Assembly: GCF_006345805.1 (NCBI RefSeq)
Contig: NC_043000.1
Location: 9,920,001-9,984,000, forward strand
Source of the DNA: Octopus sinensis
Taxonomy: Eukaryota
Reading direction: 5' to 3'
DNA length: 64,000 nucleotides
Part shown: piece after piece, positions 49,100-61,652 of the stretch
How the letters are laid out: every line of letters begins with the position of its first letter
Position numbering within the stretch: the stretch's first letter is position 1
Made by a program: the position numbers and the translations under genes
Notes under the pieces: model-generated
What the model was told of the DNA's origin: nothing
The model's database searches: none
What the model saw: the letters and a program-made list of their open reading frames with translations, nothing else

Positions 49100-50010
49100 A
49101 TTTTTCCATATAAAATTTTTGGAAAACTGACGTATCTTTGAGAACGACTGAAGCCGAGGTATCCCTGTGTGTGTGTGTGTCTCTGTGTTTTTCGTTGTTC
49201 GAAAAAAGTTTGTTTTCCATGTTTTTGTTTTTATGTTTTCGTTTCTCATTGTGTTCAATATTTTTCTGATGTCTTGTACCCATATATGCATGTATATATA
49301 CATATATATGTAGGTATGTACATATATGAGAGAACAAAGTTTACGTACGCCGCTATATATATATATATAATACAAAATATATAATATATATAATACAAAA
49401 TGGGACAAGAACGTAAAACATCCGGATAACTAGGTGATACAAAAAGGGACAACGAAACATCCAGATAGACGATACAAAAAAACAAAAACAAGGACGGGTC
49501 TTTCGAAGCCTTTTATCCTCAGTCAAGAACCGGATCATCCTCACAATTTCGGCTGATTAATCTTGAGATTGCTCCAATCTGGCCAGCCCCAAGGAAAAAG
49601 TAAGCTAAGAGCATTAGATTCCTGGGGAAAATGCATTGAATGTATACGAAAACAAGGATGGAAAAACAGGCGATGTTACACGAATATAAATACAAAAATA
49701 CAAATATATATGCTTATAATTATGTATTATTTATATTATATATTATATGTGACCGCGTGTGTACCGTCGGCGATTTTTTTCCTCCGTCTTCCCTTCTCTG
49801 GATCTTTCCTTCCATGTTTCTGACGAAGAGCTCCGCTCGAAACGTTAAACTCTCCTTCTTTCCTGAGCGTCCAATAATACTATATTTGTTCCACGTCCAC
49901 GCGTTGTTGTGTTTTCTCTTTGTGTTTCATGTTTGGATTAACTATATATATATATAGGGAGAATTCACCCCCCCCCCCAAAAAAAAAGACGAAGACAGGT
50001 GGTGTAGACA
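49100..50010. mobile_element. Cluster of Penelope-like fragments (P5, P6, P3 ends) separated by TA tracts
   Basis: 49385-49680 matches 15840-16095 in reverse. 49745-49935 matches 45850-46060 in reverse. 49955-50010 matches 12305-12365. Confidence 0.55.
49816..49850 (+). ncRNA. Minimal type-I hammerhead-like motif
   Basis: GTTT-CTGACGA-A-GAGC(TCC)GCTC-GAAA-CGT-T-AAAC. Stem I is GTTT/AAAC, stem III is the palindromic ACGT, and there is one extra A after the core. Confidence 0.55.
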
Positions 50011-50018
50011 ACAAACAG

Positions 50019-50083
<65 letters not shown>

Positions 50084-50266
50084 CACATTGGCTTATGTGC
50101 AGCAGTTTCCGCCTACCAAATCGTACTTAGCAATTTCTTCCTCTTTTGAACTGCCGTATTACATTTAGAATACATACAGTTAATGTTCTATTTACTATTG
50201 TTCCGGTCGATATCGCTTCCCGCCGTCTTTAGTTGACACACTTTTACACACACACACACACACACA

Positions 50267-50318
<52 letters not shown>

Positions 50319-50699
50319 AAGTTCTGGTCTTGTAACAGTTCTATTGCAATTCAGTAAATCACGGGAATCCAGTTAGCCTTTTGCCTATCAGTATAATATA
50401 AATATATGGTAGATGTCAAGCAGAAAGTAACACGGAAAGACAGAAAGGAAGAAAGAGTGATATTTGTGTCTGAAAGGGAGATGGCGAGAGAGGGAGAGAG
50501 AGAGAGAGATGTATTTTGTATGTGTGTGTATGGAGAGACAGAGAAAAGCAGAGAGATACAGGAAGAGAGAAATACAGTGAGGTGTAGTGTATATATGAAA
50601 GGAGGTTGAAGTAACAGAAACTTGGATTGAGAGCAAAAAGCTGTGTGTGTGTGTGTGTGTGACAGAGAGAAGTAATGAGGGCTTGTGTGGGCGCCTGAG

Positions 50700-50756
50700 T
50701 GATTTCGTTTGTATGTGAGACAGAGAGGAAAGATAGAGGGAAAGACAGACAGGCGA

Positions 50757-50814
<58 letters not shown>

Positions 50815-51245
50815 GTAGATAGATAGGTAGATAGATAGATAGAAAGGGCGAGGGAAAGAGAGGGAAAGAGGGAGAGAGAAAGAGAAGTAATGAGGACTTG
50901 TGTGGGCGCGTATGTGATTTCGTTTGTGAGACAGAGAGGAAAGATAGAGAGAAAGACAGACAGGCGGATAGATAGATAGATAGATAGATAGTGAGAGAGA
51001 GAAAGAAAGTCAAGGAGAGGGAGAAAGGAAGAAAGGAAGGAAGGAAGAAAGGAAGGAAGAAAGAAAGAAAAAAGAAAAAGGAGTGAGTGAGAGGGAAAAT
51101 AGGAGTGGGGAAAATAAGAGAGGGAGAGAGGGGGAAATTAAGAGAGAGAGAAAAAGCAGAGAGATGGAAAGAGAGAAGAAAGAGAAAGAGAAAAGAGAGA
51201 GTAACAAGAGAGAGAGAGAGGGAGGAGAAAGGAAGAGGGAGAGAG

Positions 51246-51283
<38 letters not shown>

Positions 51284-51290
51284 CGGCTGC
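50700..51290. repeat. Purine-rich (GATA)n/(GA)n/(GAAA) compound tract
   Basis: Direct inspection. Includes a duplicated GAGAAGTAATGAGG(G/A)CTTGTGTGGGCGC block (~50665 and ~50882). Confidence 0.85.
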
Positions 51291-51754
51291 AGTGTGAGGG
51301 AATTGAGCGTGAAATGTGTCTTCAGTAATTTTCCGTTACCAAAAATGCGGCAAAGAATGTTTCTCCATCACAGACTCATAGACAATCTAATTTACTTCTA
51401 ATATCAGAACACATTGCAAAGAGAAAATCTCCTCCGATGGAATTCATAAAACAAACAATGAACAAGAGAACAATGAGCCTGACTATAATAGTCAACCAAA
51501 ATAGTAGTATTAAACAACTATTTATTCTCATTAAACATTCAACGTTTTCTCGAAATGTGATTTCATATTTTTTATGCTCACTGCTTTAGTGTTTTCTCTT
51601 ATTATCTTGTTTAATTTTTGAAAAAAAATTGTTTTGTCTGGTAAAAGTGGTTGTGTTTTGTGACCTTGGCAGGCCGTCCGGGAGTCATCGACGCAGTAAA
51701 CGTTCCTCTTGAACAAATACAAGTCGACGGCTTCCTGACAAAATCATCTGCAGA

Positions 51755-52355
51755 AAGGCGACGAGCTGGCAGAATCGTTAGCACGCCGGGCGAAATGCGT
51801 AGCCGTATTTCGTCTGCCGTTACGTTCTGAGTTCAAATTCCGCCGAGGTCCACTTTGCCTTTCATCCTTTCGGGGTCGATTAAATAAGTACCAGTTACGC
51901 ACTGGAGTCGATATAATCGACTTAATCCGTTTGTCTGTCCTTGTTTGTCCTCTCTGTGTTTAGCCCCCTTGTGGGTAGTAAAGAAATAGGTATTTCGTGT
52001 GCCGCTACGTTCTGAGTTCAAATTCCGCCGAGGTCGACTTTGCCTTTCATCCTTTCGGGGTCGATTAAGTAAGTACCAGTTACGCACTGGGATCGATATA
52101 ATCGACTTAATCCGTTTGTCTGTCTTTGTTTGTCCTCTCTGTGTTTAGCCCCTTGTAGATAGTAAAGAAATAGGTATTTCGTTTGCCGTTACGTTCTGAG
52201 TTCAAATTCCGCCGTCTACTTTGCTTTTCATCATTTCGGGGTCAATAAATTAAGTACCAGTTACGCACTGGGGTCGATATAATCGACTTAATCAGTCTGT
52301 CTGTCCTTGTTTGTCCCCTCTGTGTTTAGCCCCTTGTGGGCAATAAAGAAATAAG
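51755..52355 (+). mobile_element. SINE family B head-to-tail trimer
   Basis: One full unit, then two headless ~184-bp units starting at 51990 and 52174. Confidence 0.9.
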
Positions 52356-53063
52356 AAAGGGAATGACAGAGAGACGGCGTTTTGGGAAAGAGGTCTTGAC
52401 TTAGTTGATAGCAGCACGGGTCCCCATCTTTTATTTTCGGTTCATTAGTTTCTAATTCTTCAGAAATAATCAAAGAATGAGATACGAAAATCCCTTTCCT
52501 GAAAAACACAATCCTTCTAAATTTCACTTCAATTTTCTTTTATTATATCCTTTACATGAAAGCACACCATATTATATAGGCATTACTATTAATTTTCTGA
52601 CCTTTGACCTAATATCCTACGATGATGGTGGGTGCAATAAGGATTACGAGGGGAGCAGGAGAGACGAGTTAATTGAGATTTCGTAAGCAGAGTAGGAACG
52701 AAACGAACCAACTTCAAGGAGCGGAGACTAGCATCATTGCGGTAGAAAAGCTAGTGGAAAGATGCGTGGCGTGTGTGAGCGAGAGTTTGAAGTGATTCGC
52801 TCATGTCAATTGGTCAGAAGGTCTTATTTTATGTGGAACATGTGTGTGTAATAGCAGTTCCGTCTTAGACGCGCAACAAATATTCCTTCCTTTCTGGAAC
52901 TAATAATTTGAGTTTTGTACCGAGTTATTTGTACATAATTGGGTTCTGGAATATTTTCTGGCACTGAAAAGGAAAACGAAGATTTCCGATACAATTTTGG
53001 TTACGTTGAGGATGTACGCTTACCAGTGATTTGTGCGCTGTATAAGCTTAGAGATGCTTAGAG

Positions 53064-53298
53064 AAGGCGACGAGCTGGCAGAAACGTTAGCACACCGGGC
53101 GAAATGCTTAGCGGTGTTTCGTCTGCTGCTACGTTCTGAGTTCAAATTCCGCCGAGGTCGACTTTGCCTTTCATCCTTTCGGGGTCGATAAATTAATTAC
53201 CATTTACGCTCTGGGGTCGTTTTAATTGACTTAATGCCTTTGTCTGTCCTTGTTTGTCCCCTCTATGTTTAGCCCCTTGTGGGCAATAAAGAAATAAG
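53064..53298 (+). mobile_element. SINE family B monomer
   Basis: Full head, B-box, central domain, GGGCAATAAAGAAATAAG end. Confidence 0.9.
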
Positions 53299-53917
53299 AG
53301 ATGGGTAGAGTACGATAATGTTTTCATAATTGTGTAAGTCTGTCTGTCTATTTGCTGCTCAAAAACAGCAAATAGCTTAAAATGACCTGGTTACTGTTCA
53401 CGTTGTCAGTGCAAGTTTTAGGCAAAATGTCCTAGGTTGTGTATGAATAACTCTTCGGCTGGAGGGTGAAGGAGGAATGACAGGTGGTATTATCTATGCA
53501 GGAGTGGGTGACGAGTAGGCCGCTGATGTATAATGAGGAAAAGGATGTGGAAATATACAGAAACATTGGGAAGGCTAAAATTATGAGATGCGGGGTCAGA
53601 TAACAATTCTATTATCAGACTTCACAATGATGCAATTTGAGATGAATGGTGCCATTATTGGATGGTTTTGTTCTGGCAACTTTAGAAATATGTGTGTCAG
53701 GTACAGGAAAAAATTAAGCTTGTATAGAAGGCTTCCGAATTCTGCCGAAAGCATCCTTGAACGGAGGATGGTTGGAAATAGTGTGACGTGCCGGCTCTAC
53801 CACATATTTATACAAAACGTACCACAAAATACCAACATAATGACAGAAAAACACACGCACGCACACCCTTGCTAGCACACATACACACACACACACACAC
53901 ACAAACACATATACATA

Positions 53918-54778
53918 AGGTGTAGGCGTGGCTGTGTGGTAAGAAACTTGGTTCCCAGCCACATGGTTCCGGGTTCAGTCCCACTGCGTGGAATCATAGG
54001 TGCGTGCCTTCTATTTTAGGCTTTGGCCTACCAAAGCTTTGTGAGTGTATTTGGAAACTGAAAGAAGCCCGCCGTATATACATACACTAGCAGTATCGCC
54101 CGGCGTTGCTCAGGTTTGTAAGGGAAATAACTATAAAGCATTTTTAGAGAGTTATAGCCAAAAAATAACAAAAAATGGAAAAAAAATTATGGTAAATTTT
54201 TTTAGTTAAAAAAGGTGGAGTTGCGTCCCCTAGACAGTTTGCGGTTTGTGTTTCTGATTCTCGACCCCATGTCGAATTTATCGATTTTTTTCAGAACTGG
54301 GGGAACTTTTCAAAATTTTCGCTGCGTTAGTTTTGAATTATGACATTGGGCTATGTGTGTGTCAAGTTTCATCAGAATCGGTTGAAAGCCGTGGTCAGGG
54401 TGAGGGTACAAGCAAACAGACACACAGAAACACGCACAGACAAACTGCCATTTATATAGAGAGAGATATAAACATATATACATACATATGTGTGTATGTG
54501 TGTGCATACATGTATATTTCTATATACATGCTCTTTGTGTGTGTGTGTGTGTGTGTGTGTGTTTGTATATGTGCGTGTGTGCTGTGTGTTTGTGAGTGTG
54601 TGTCCTACCATCGTTTGACGACGCGTGTTGCAATGTTTATGTCCCCGTAACTTAGCGGTTCGGCAAAAGAGTCGATAGAATAAGTGCTAGGCTTAAAAAA
54701 TAAGTACTGGGGTTGATTTGTTCGAATAAAATCTCTTCAAGGCTGTGCCCCAGCCTGAAACAAATAAAAGATAAAAGA
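53918..54778 (+). mobile_element. SINE family A with nested Helitron
   Basis: 5' half at 53918-54080, 3' half at 54590-54778. Confidence 0.8.
54087..54466 (-). mobile_element. Non-autonomous Helitron (same termini as 28037-28397, different interior)
   Basis: Plus strand A|CTAGCAGTATCGCCCGGCGTTGCTC...TTTATATAGAGAGAGA|T. Confidence 0.85.
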
Positions 54779-54793
54779 CACACACACACACAC

Positions 54794-54853
<60 letters not shown>

Positions 54854-54932
54854 CATATATTATATATATATAATATATATATATATATGTATGTAATATA
54901 TATATATTATATATATATATGTATATATATAT

Positions 54933-55285
54933 AGGTGCAGGAGTAGCTGTGTGTTTAAGTAGCTGCTTACCAGCTACATGGTCCGGGTTCAGTCCCACCG
55001 CGTGGCACCTTGGGCAAGTGTCTTCTGCTATAGCCTCGAGTGGATTTGGTTGAGGGAAACTGAAAGAAGCCCGTCGTATTTATATGTATATATATATGTG
55101 TGTGTGTGCGTATGTGTGTTTGTCTGTGTTTGTCTCGCACCATCACTTGACAACCGATGCTGGTGTGTTTACGTTCCCGTAACTTACCGGTTCGGCAAAA
55201 GAGACTGATAGAATATGTATTAGGCTAAAGGCGGTACTTCAGCATGGCCACACACGAATGTCTGAATAGAAAAAAAGAATAAGTA
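54933..55285 (+). mobile_element. SINE family A (internally deleted)
   Basis: Head, CCTTGGGCAAGTGTCTTC and 3' blocks. Confidence 0.82.
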
Positions 55286-55326
55286 CATATATATATAAAT
55301 ATATACACGCGCGCATACACACACAC

Positions 55327-55362
<36 letters not shown>

Positions 55363-55808
55363 ATTGGGCTGATGGTAAAATGGTCGTAGGGTCGATTTCT
55401 CGATGTCCCACCTTGGTCAAAGGTGAGTCAATGGGACAGTGCCAATGTCTGCAAGGTGCAAGGTCATAATCGTTTGCGAGTGACAGCAAAATGTGTGTGT
55501 GTGTGTGTAACTCTTTTGACTAAGGGATAGAAGTCAATGTGCTGAGTAAAGCACATTCACAGTTTTGGCTCCACAGCTGGGTTATATTACCGCTGGATCT
55601 ACTTCAGGAATTCTACAGTGTTAGTAGAGATAATAACAATTGACAAAAGAAACGGAAGATAGCTTTGGCAGTAGTTTTTTTTTACGTTATATATATATAT
55701 ATCCAAGGACAACTGTAGCTGGTCTTAACCAAGATACAGCAGGCTCGGACAACATGCCTAGGACATCTCCGTATATCTAGCAGGACATTTCCTGCTTTAT
55801 GCATTTAC

Positions 55809-55930
55809 CTGACGAGACACAAACTCCAGAAATTGATGCAACACTATTAGATGCACAAAATCCTACCCATATCGGACAGTTGAAGGGTGATTCAAAACGA
55901 TCGTCGTATTGAATAAAGACTAGTGCCATA
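55809..55930 (-). CDS. Candidate exon resembling class-A GPCR ECL1-TM3
   Basis: CPIWVGFCASNSVASISGVCVSS vs generic aminergic TM3 [23 protein letters not shown], ending at a CAG|GTAAAT donor. No convincing acceptor, and no other exons found. Confidence 0.25.
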
Positions 55931-56125
55931 TCTAATTTACCGTTTCTTTCATGAATCATTCTTCTTCTTCTTCCTTTTCCTATCCTCCTCCTCTTCTTCT
56001 TCTTTTTCTTCTTCCTCTTCTTCTTTTTCTTCTTCTTCTTCTTCTTCTTCTTCTTCTTCTTCTTCTTCTTCTTCTTCTTCTTCTATGTATGTGTGTATGT
56101 ATACGCATATATACGCACACAAACG

Positions 56126-56173
<48 letters not shown>

Positions 56174-56789
56174 TTAACATGCGCAGACTCGAACATAACC
56201 ACAAACACGCAATCTCACGCACACAAGCACACGTGCGCTCGCGCGTACACACTCACATTTAAGCATTAATATTTTAATATTGCCGGAGAATTTTATATTA
56301 GTGGAATAATTTTACGAAACACTGGATAACCAACATCTTTCACGGCTTGCTGTCTTTGTTTCCATGCAATTACATCAGATATAGTTCTTAGGCTCTGCTA
56401 GGAATTGCATTCCGACAGCTTCAGTTGACGGCAGCCTCAATCGATCTGTTATCTCTATTGTTATAAATTCCACTCGAAGCTTTATGCTAAATCTTCAAAT
56501 CTCAGCGCCAAATGAGTTCATCGTTTAACATTTCTGAACAGAACGTTATATGCTTAACACCGGTCTTTGTGATTACACTTAGATTTTGTTTCCTTTGTTT
56601 AATGTTTTTATGTGTTTTAATTTTGTCTAGCGATTTATGAATGATTTATTGTATTGTAAACGGTCCTTTTGTGTACTGGGACAGTAGTTATTTCTCGTAC
56701 TAAGTTTTACATTATCTCTTCTATATCATATATTTTATTATTCTATCTTTCGTTTTATTCTGTCTTATAGCATAAAATACGTTTTAATA

Positions 56790-56950
56790 GGTGCATACGT
56801 GGCTGTGTTGCAAGCAGTTTGCTTCTCAGTCTCATGATTTCGGGTTCAGTTCCACTGCATGACGTTTCGGGCAAGTGTCTTTTCTCCCAGACCTACCAAT
56901 GCCTTGTCAATAGATTTTCTAGATGGAAACTGAAAGAATACTGTCGTATA
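56790..56950 (+). mobile_element. SINE family A 5' half (diverged)
   Basis: ACGTGGCTGTGT...GGGTTCAGTTCC...GGAAACTGAAAGAA. Confidence 0.7.
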
Positions 56951-56951
56951 T

Positions 56952-57460
56952 ATATTGCTACGGCTAGAAAGGGACCAATAGACTCCCTTGCACACAGTAT
57001 ACGGACACAAATCATGTGTAGGTAGTCAGCTGGAAAAGAGGTTTTCCTGGGGCTAAAAAGTAGTAACATCGTCTTGCGTAGGACTTCCACATTGCGTTGG
57101 CAGACAGACTCTACGGTACAGCACTGTTACTACATATTTCTTGTTCAGAGATTTAAAACTAGTTATTTTTCTCTTTACGAGATCAGCGACTGTGTGTCGC
57201 TTTAAAAGTATATACTGTAAGCAAGAGCGAGTGGCTACTATCTCTAACCAGCGGTTGTCCTGTACCGACGATGGGAAATTACCCTGAAAACATTGGCCTA
57301 CAGGTATCGCTATGGCTAGAAAGAGAGCAGTAGACTCCATGGCTCATAATATACGGACACAGATCATGTGATGGTAGCCGGCTGGAAAATGTTTTCCTGG
57401 GGCTAAAAATTAGAAACATCGTCCTGCGTAGGACTGCCACGTTGCGTTGACAAAGAAACT
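56952..57460. repeat. Two diverged ~155-bp direct repeats, 354 bp apart
   Basis: 56952-57110 vs 57306-57460 (GGCTAGAAAG...ATACGGACACA.ATCATGTG...GTTTTCCTGGGGCTAAAAA...GCGTAGGACT.CCAC.TTGCGTTG). Confidence 0.85.
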
Positions 57461-58495
57461 TTAATACACACACACACACACACACACACATCACACACAT
57501 ATGTGTGTGCGTGTGTGTGCGTGCGTATGTGTGTGTATGTGTGCGTGCGTGCATGCGTATGTGTGTGTGGGTTTATCTACAACTACTGCTTGACAACTGG
57601 TGTTCGCTTGTTAAGATAATACGGCAGATTTGGAAGATATACGGGAAAGCCTATGCATTCTCGAGTGACCTGCTAGAACCATCATTAAATCTTCCTTAAA
57701 CCGCAATCTTAAAGAAAGGAAGTGCTCATCGGATAATATAGTCATGGATATAGTTTATTACAGAATGGTCAAGGCTGGAACGTCTTTGATTCAGCAGCAG
57801 CAACAGCAGCAGCAACGAGAACGATAACAACAACAAGAAGAAATATAACTTCAACTATAATGAAACAATATCTATAGCAACCCATCTTTGATCGCTGTTA
57901 TAGCATATGAACTGCTTAATTAGGCCCGGCCTGTGGTTAAACAACAAGTTAACATCTTCATTTGCAGACCGTGTATATTTCCTTCACAATACAAACTACT
58001 GCTAGCTATTAATAAAGATATTTCCTCTTGTTATCAATGATGTTTCCATATCGTACCTAGAAGGAAAATGCAAATGGTTGCTTGCTAAAAACAATTAAAA
58101 AAAACAACAACACGCATTTAAAGTAAAAAATGCTAAAAGCAAAATTTCCTTTCAGCCTAGAATACTTCGAGTGCATACGAAAAAGTTAGAAACAATCGCT
58201 AAGTAATCTATAAAAAAACAACAACCCTTTCCTAAAGGAAGTTTTGATAAAAAGAATTCAACAATATTCAAAGATGATGGTGACTATCATAGTAATTCGT
58301 GAATTATGCACAAGGTGGAGAGAAACGACCGATAATGTCAGTCTCATTACTTGACTGATACTGTATTTCATCATCTCATGAAGAGGAAATTCAAATTTGA
58401 CTTTGAAGGCGGAGTGTTAGATTTGCATTTAGACCGTAAAGAGCTAGAACAAACATCGCAATGAATTTTGATAATAATAATCATAATAATAATTT

Positions 58496-58883
58496 ATTTC
58501 TTTATTGCCCACAGGGGGCAAATCAGGACAGACAGGGACTAAGTCGATTGTATCGACTCCAGTGCGTAACTGGTACTTATTTAATCGACCCCCAAGGGAT
58601 GAAAGGCAAAGTCGACCTCGGCGGAATTTGAACTCAGAATGTAACGGCAGACTAAATATCTATTTCTTTACTACCCACAAGGGGCTAAACACAGGGACAA
58701 ACAAGGACGGACAAACGGATTAAGTCGATTACATCGACCCCAGTGTGTAACTGGTACTTATTTAATCGACCCTCCAAAGGCTGAAAGGCAAAGTCGACCT
58801 CGGCGGAATTTGAACTCAGAACGTAGAAGCAGACTAAATACAGCTAAGTATTTCGCCCGGCTTGCTAACGATTTTACCAGCTA
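58496..58883 (-). mobile_element. SINE family B head-to-tail dimer
   Basis: Junction AAAGAAATAG|ATATTTAG at ~58659. Confidence 0.85.
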
Positions 58884-60072
58884 ACCCTTTCTATTAAAGG
58901 CACAAGGCCTTAAATTTTGGGGGAGGGGTAAGTCGATTACATTGATCCCAGTGTTCAACTGGTACTTATTTTATGAATTCCACAAGGATAAAAGGCAAAG
59001 TCGACTTCGACGAAATTTGAAGTCAGAACGTAAAGACGAATGAACTCAGAATGTAATATATATACATACATACATACACACATACATTTGTGTGCGCGCG
59101 TGTGTTTATTCCTTCTGCAAGATTTTCGCAGTAGGCCGTATCTTGAAACAGATTCCTGTTGCCTTTTGAAGGATCATTCCACCAGTAAAAATGCATAGGA
59201 AGGTTATACTTGTTTGTTGTTAACTAATTCATAAATTATTGATTAGTTGGAAATGTGTAAAAAAAGCAAATTCATCATATATAATATATCTGTGACTTTC
59301 TCAATCCACTTACTTTATTTGTATGATACTAAGCATAACCTTTATTGACAAGCATAAGTATGTGCATATTTTCTGAAGCGGTGTTCTCTCTGCCACTAGC
59401 GATTCTCACTTACTTGCTAGCTTGGCTAAAGTTTTCAACATTCCACCATTTTTGTTTGTTTTTCATTTTGCAAGAATCTAGCGTAAAACTGTGTATTGAA
59501 AGAGATTTCTTCGTACGTATTTTCACATGTATTTTATTTAACTTTTACATTTCAGTATTGGTTTTTTACGAGTTTTTATAAAAAAAATGTTATGCTTTTA
59601 AAATTGCTTGTTGAGGTCGACGTAAAGTCGGATAAACCGACTCACATTGCACTTGGTTTTTTGTCCATTAATTTCTTTACAAAAAAAAAAACAAAAAAAC
59701 AGAAAGCGTAAAAATAAAACGACTCGAGTCGACGCAAGTTGAGTTGTACCAGTCGTTTGAAGTGAACGTTCTGCCACAAGAAAACGGACGCGCTGGTTAT
59801 AGTTAATTTCTTTATTGTTAAGGAATACATTAACAGGTGATCATTGAGCAAAAACGCATATAAAACAAAACGGAATGAAATGCTGAAAGCTCTGGCCAAA
59901 TTGGCAAAGAAGTGAAAGAAACCCGCTGGTTTAAAAGGCATTCACTGCATAAGAAATCACAAGTAAACAAAAAGAAAGCATCAGGGACTACCAAACATGA
60001 ATTATAAAATCAAAGCATACTCTCCTCTGTCTCTTTATCTATCTGTCTCTCTTTATCTATCTATCTATATAT

Positions 60073-60111
<39 letters not shown>

Positions 60112-60112
60112 T

Positions 60113-60352
60113 ACTGATCACGTGACCGACCAGACCATCAAACGTTCGCATTGTTTTAGCCTTCAAATGACGCCACCCCGCTGGCTAAGCGAGCAGCCAA
60201 CAAGAAGAAAGAGTACAGCAGGAATCACCATCCCCTGCCGAGCCTCATGGAGCTTTTAGGTGTTTTCGCTCAATAAACACATACAACGCCCGGTCTGGGA
60301 ATCGAAACGACGATCCTGCGACCGCGAGTCCGCTGCCTAACCCCTAGGCCAT
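60113..60352 (-). mobile_element. SINE family C head with a third tail (T3)
   Basis: Family C head/body followed by GCTCGCTTAGCCAGCGGGGTGGCGTCATTTGAAGGC...GGTCACGTGATC. Confidence 0.7.
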
Positions 60353-60387
60353 ATATATATATATATATAATATATATATTATATATA

Positions 60388-60479
<92 letters not shown>

Positions 60480-60481
60480 TA

Positions 60482-60527
<46 letters not shown>

Positions 60528-60544
60528 ATATATATATAAAGGAA

Positions 60545-60735
60545 TCACACAAGAAAACACAAAAAAAACCCAACAAAAAAACACACCAACGCGAGGACGT
60601 GGAACAAATAAAGTATTATTGGACGCTCAGGAACGAAGGGAAGAAGGAGGGTTTAACATTTCGAGCGGAGCTCTTCGTCGGAAACATAGGAGAAGGAAAG
60701 ATCCCGAGAAGGGAAGACAGAGGAAAAACGCTATC
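60545..60735 (-). mobile_element. Penelope-like fragment family P6
   Basis: Homologous to 45850-46060, next to a long (TA)n tract. Confidence 0.6.
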
Positions 60736-60748
60736 ACTCAGATGCCTC

Positions 60749-60801
<53 letters not shown>

Positions 60802-61082
60802 GACACACGCACACATGTACATTTACTCACGCGATAACATGTAATCACCACACAAGTACTTGACCGCGTACAAAAGCGTTTAGCAACATTGTTTTGACAA
60901 ACAGAAGACAATTACAATAGATGCGAAAAGGAGGTCAGTTGAGAAGGTCAAGAATATAAGTGCAATATAAAACAATTTTGACAAGCCAGACAAATTAACG
61001 CATATGTTTTCTTATTGACAAATTCACCTAAATTACAACTATACCACTAAGCACACACATACGAACATGCACACATACATAC

Positions 61083-61132
<50 letters not shown>

Positions 61133-61260
61133 AAAGAGGAAGGAGGAGAATTTCGATTATCCCCACGTGGTGAGGTGTAATGCAAAAATATATAAAATAA
61201 AAGAAGGAAAATGCATGCAGTGGAACCTAGTTTTAATATAATGTTTTAATATAATGTATT

Positions 61261-61297
<37 letters not shown>

Positions 61298-61299
61298 AT

Positions 61300-61652
61300 A
61301 TGACCAATAATAGGACATCTGACTCACTAGAAAAAGCAGTTAAAATTTACTGCCGGATAGTTACACATTTGCGCGGAGGATTCGAAAAAATTATAACATA
61401 TTGACACGAGGTATGTTACTTATTGCCTCGTCTCTATATGTCATCCCTGGTATCCTGCTGACGAAGCAACGCCAGATGTAAATCAAAATTACTTTATTTT
61501 AATTTATATAAGACTGCAGAAACTATGCATAGTCCAGGAAAAATAGGCTAAATGTTTCTATTTTTCATTCCCTTTCAGAATTGCAACTATTAGTGGCTTG
61601 GAGTTTTAACTGCTCTTTCTAGTGAGTCAGATGTCCTATTATTGGTCATCTC
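61300..61652. mobile_element. MITE with 46-bp TIRs (superfamily uncertain)
   Basis: ATGACCAATAATAGGACATCTGACTCACTAGAAA(A/G)AGCAGTTAAAA at 61300-61345 and inverted at 61604-61649, 1 mismatch. The right end reads 5'-GAG on the minus strand. Confidence 0.8.

Noticed and set aside
49490-49535. CTGAGGA...GAAA motif (minus strand) in family P5 as a hammerhead
   Set aside because: Core words are present, but I could not form stem I together with a valid NUH site.
51531-51752. Candidate exon(s) next to the SINE B trimer
   Set aside because: Splice-like sites exist on both strands, but there is no recognisable protein similarity or partner exon.
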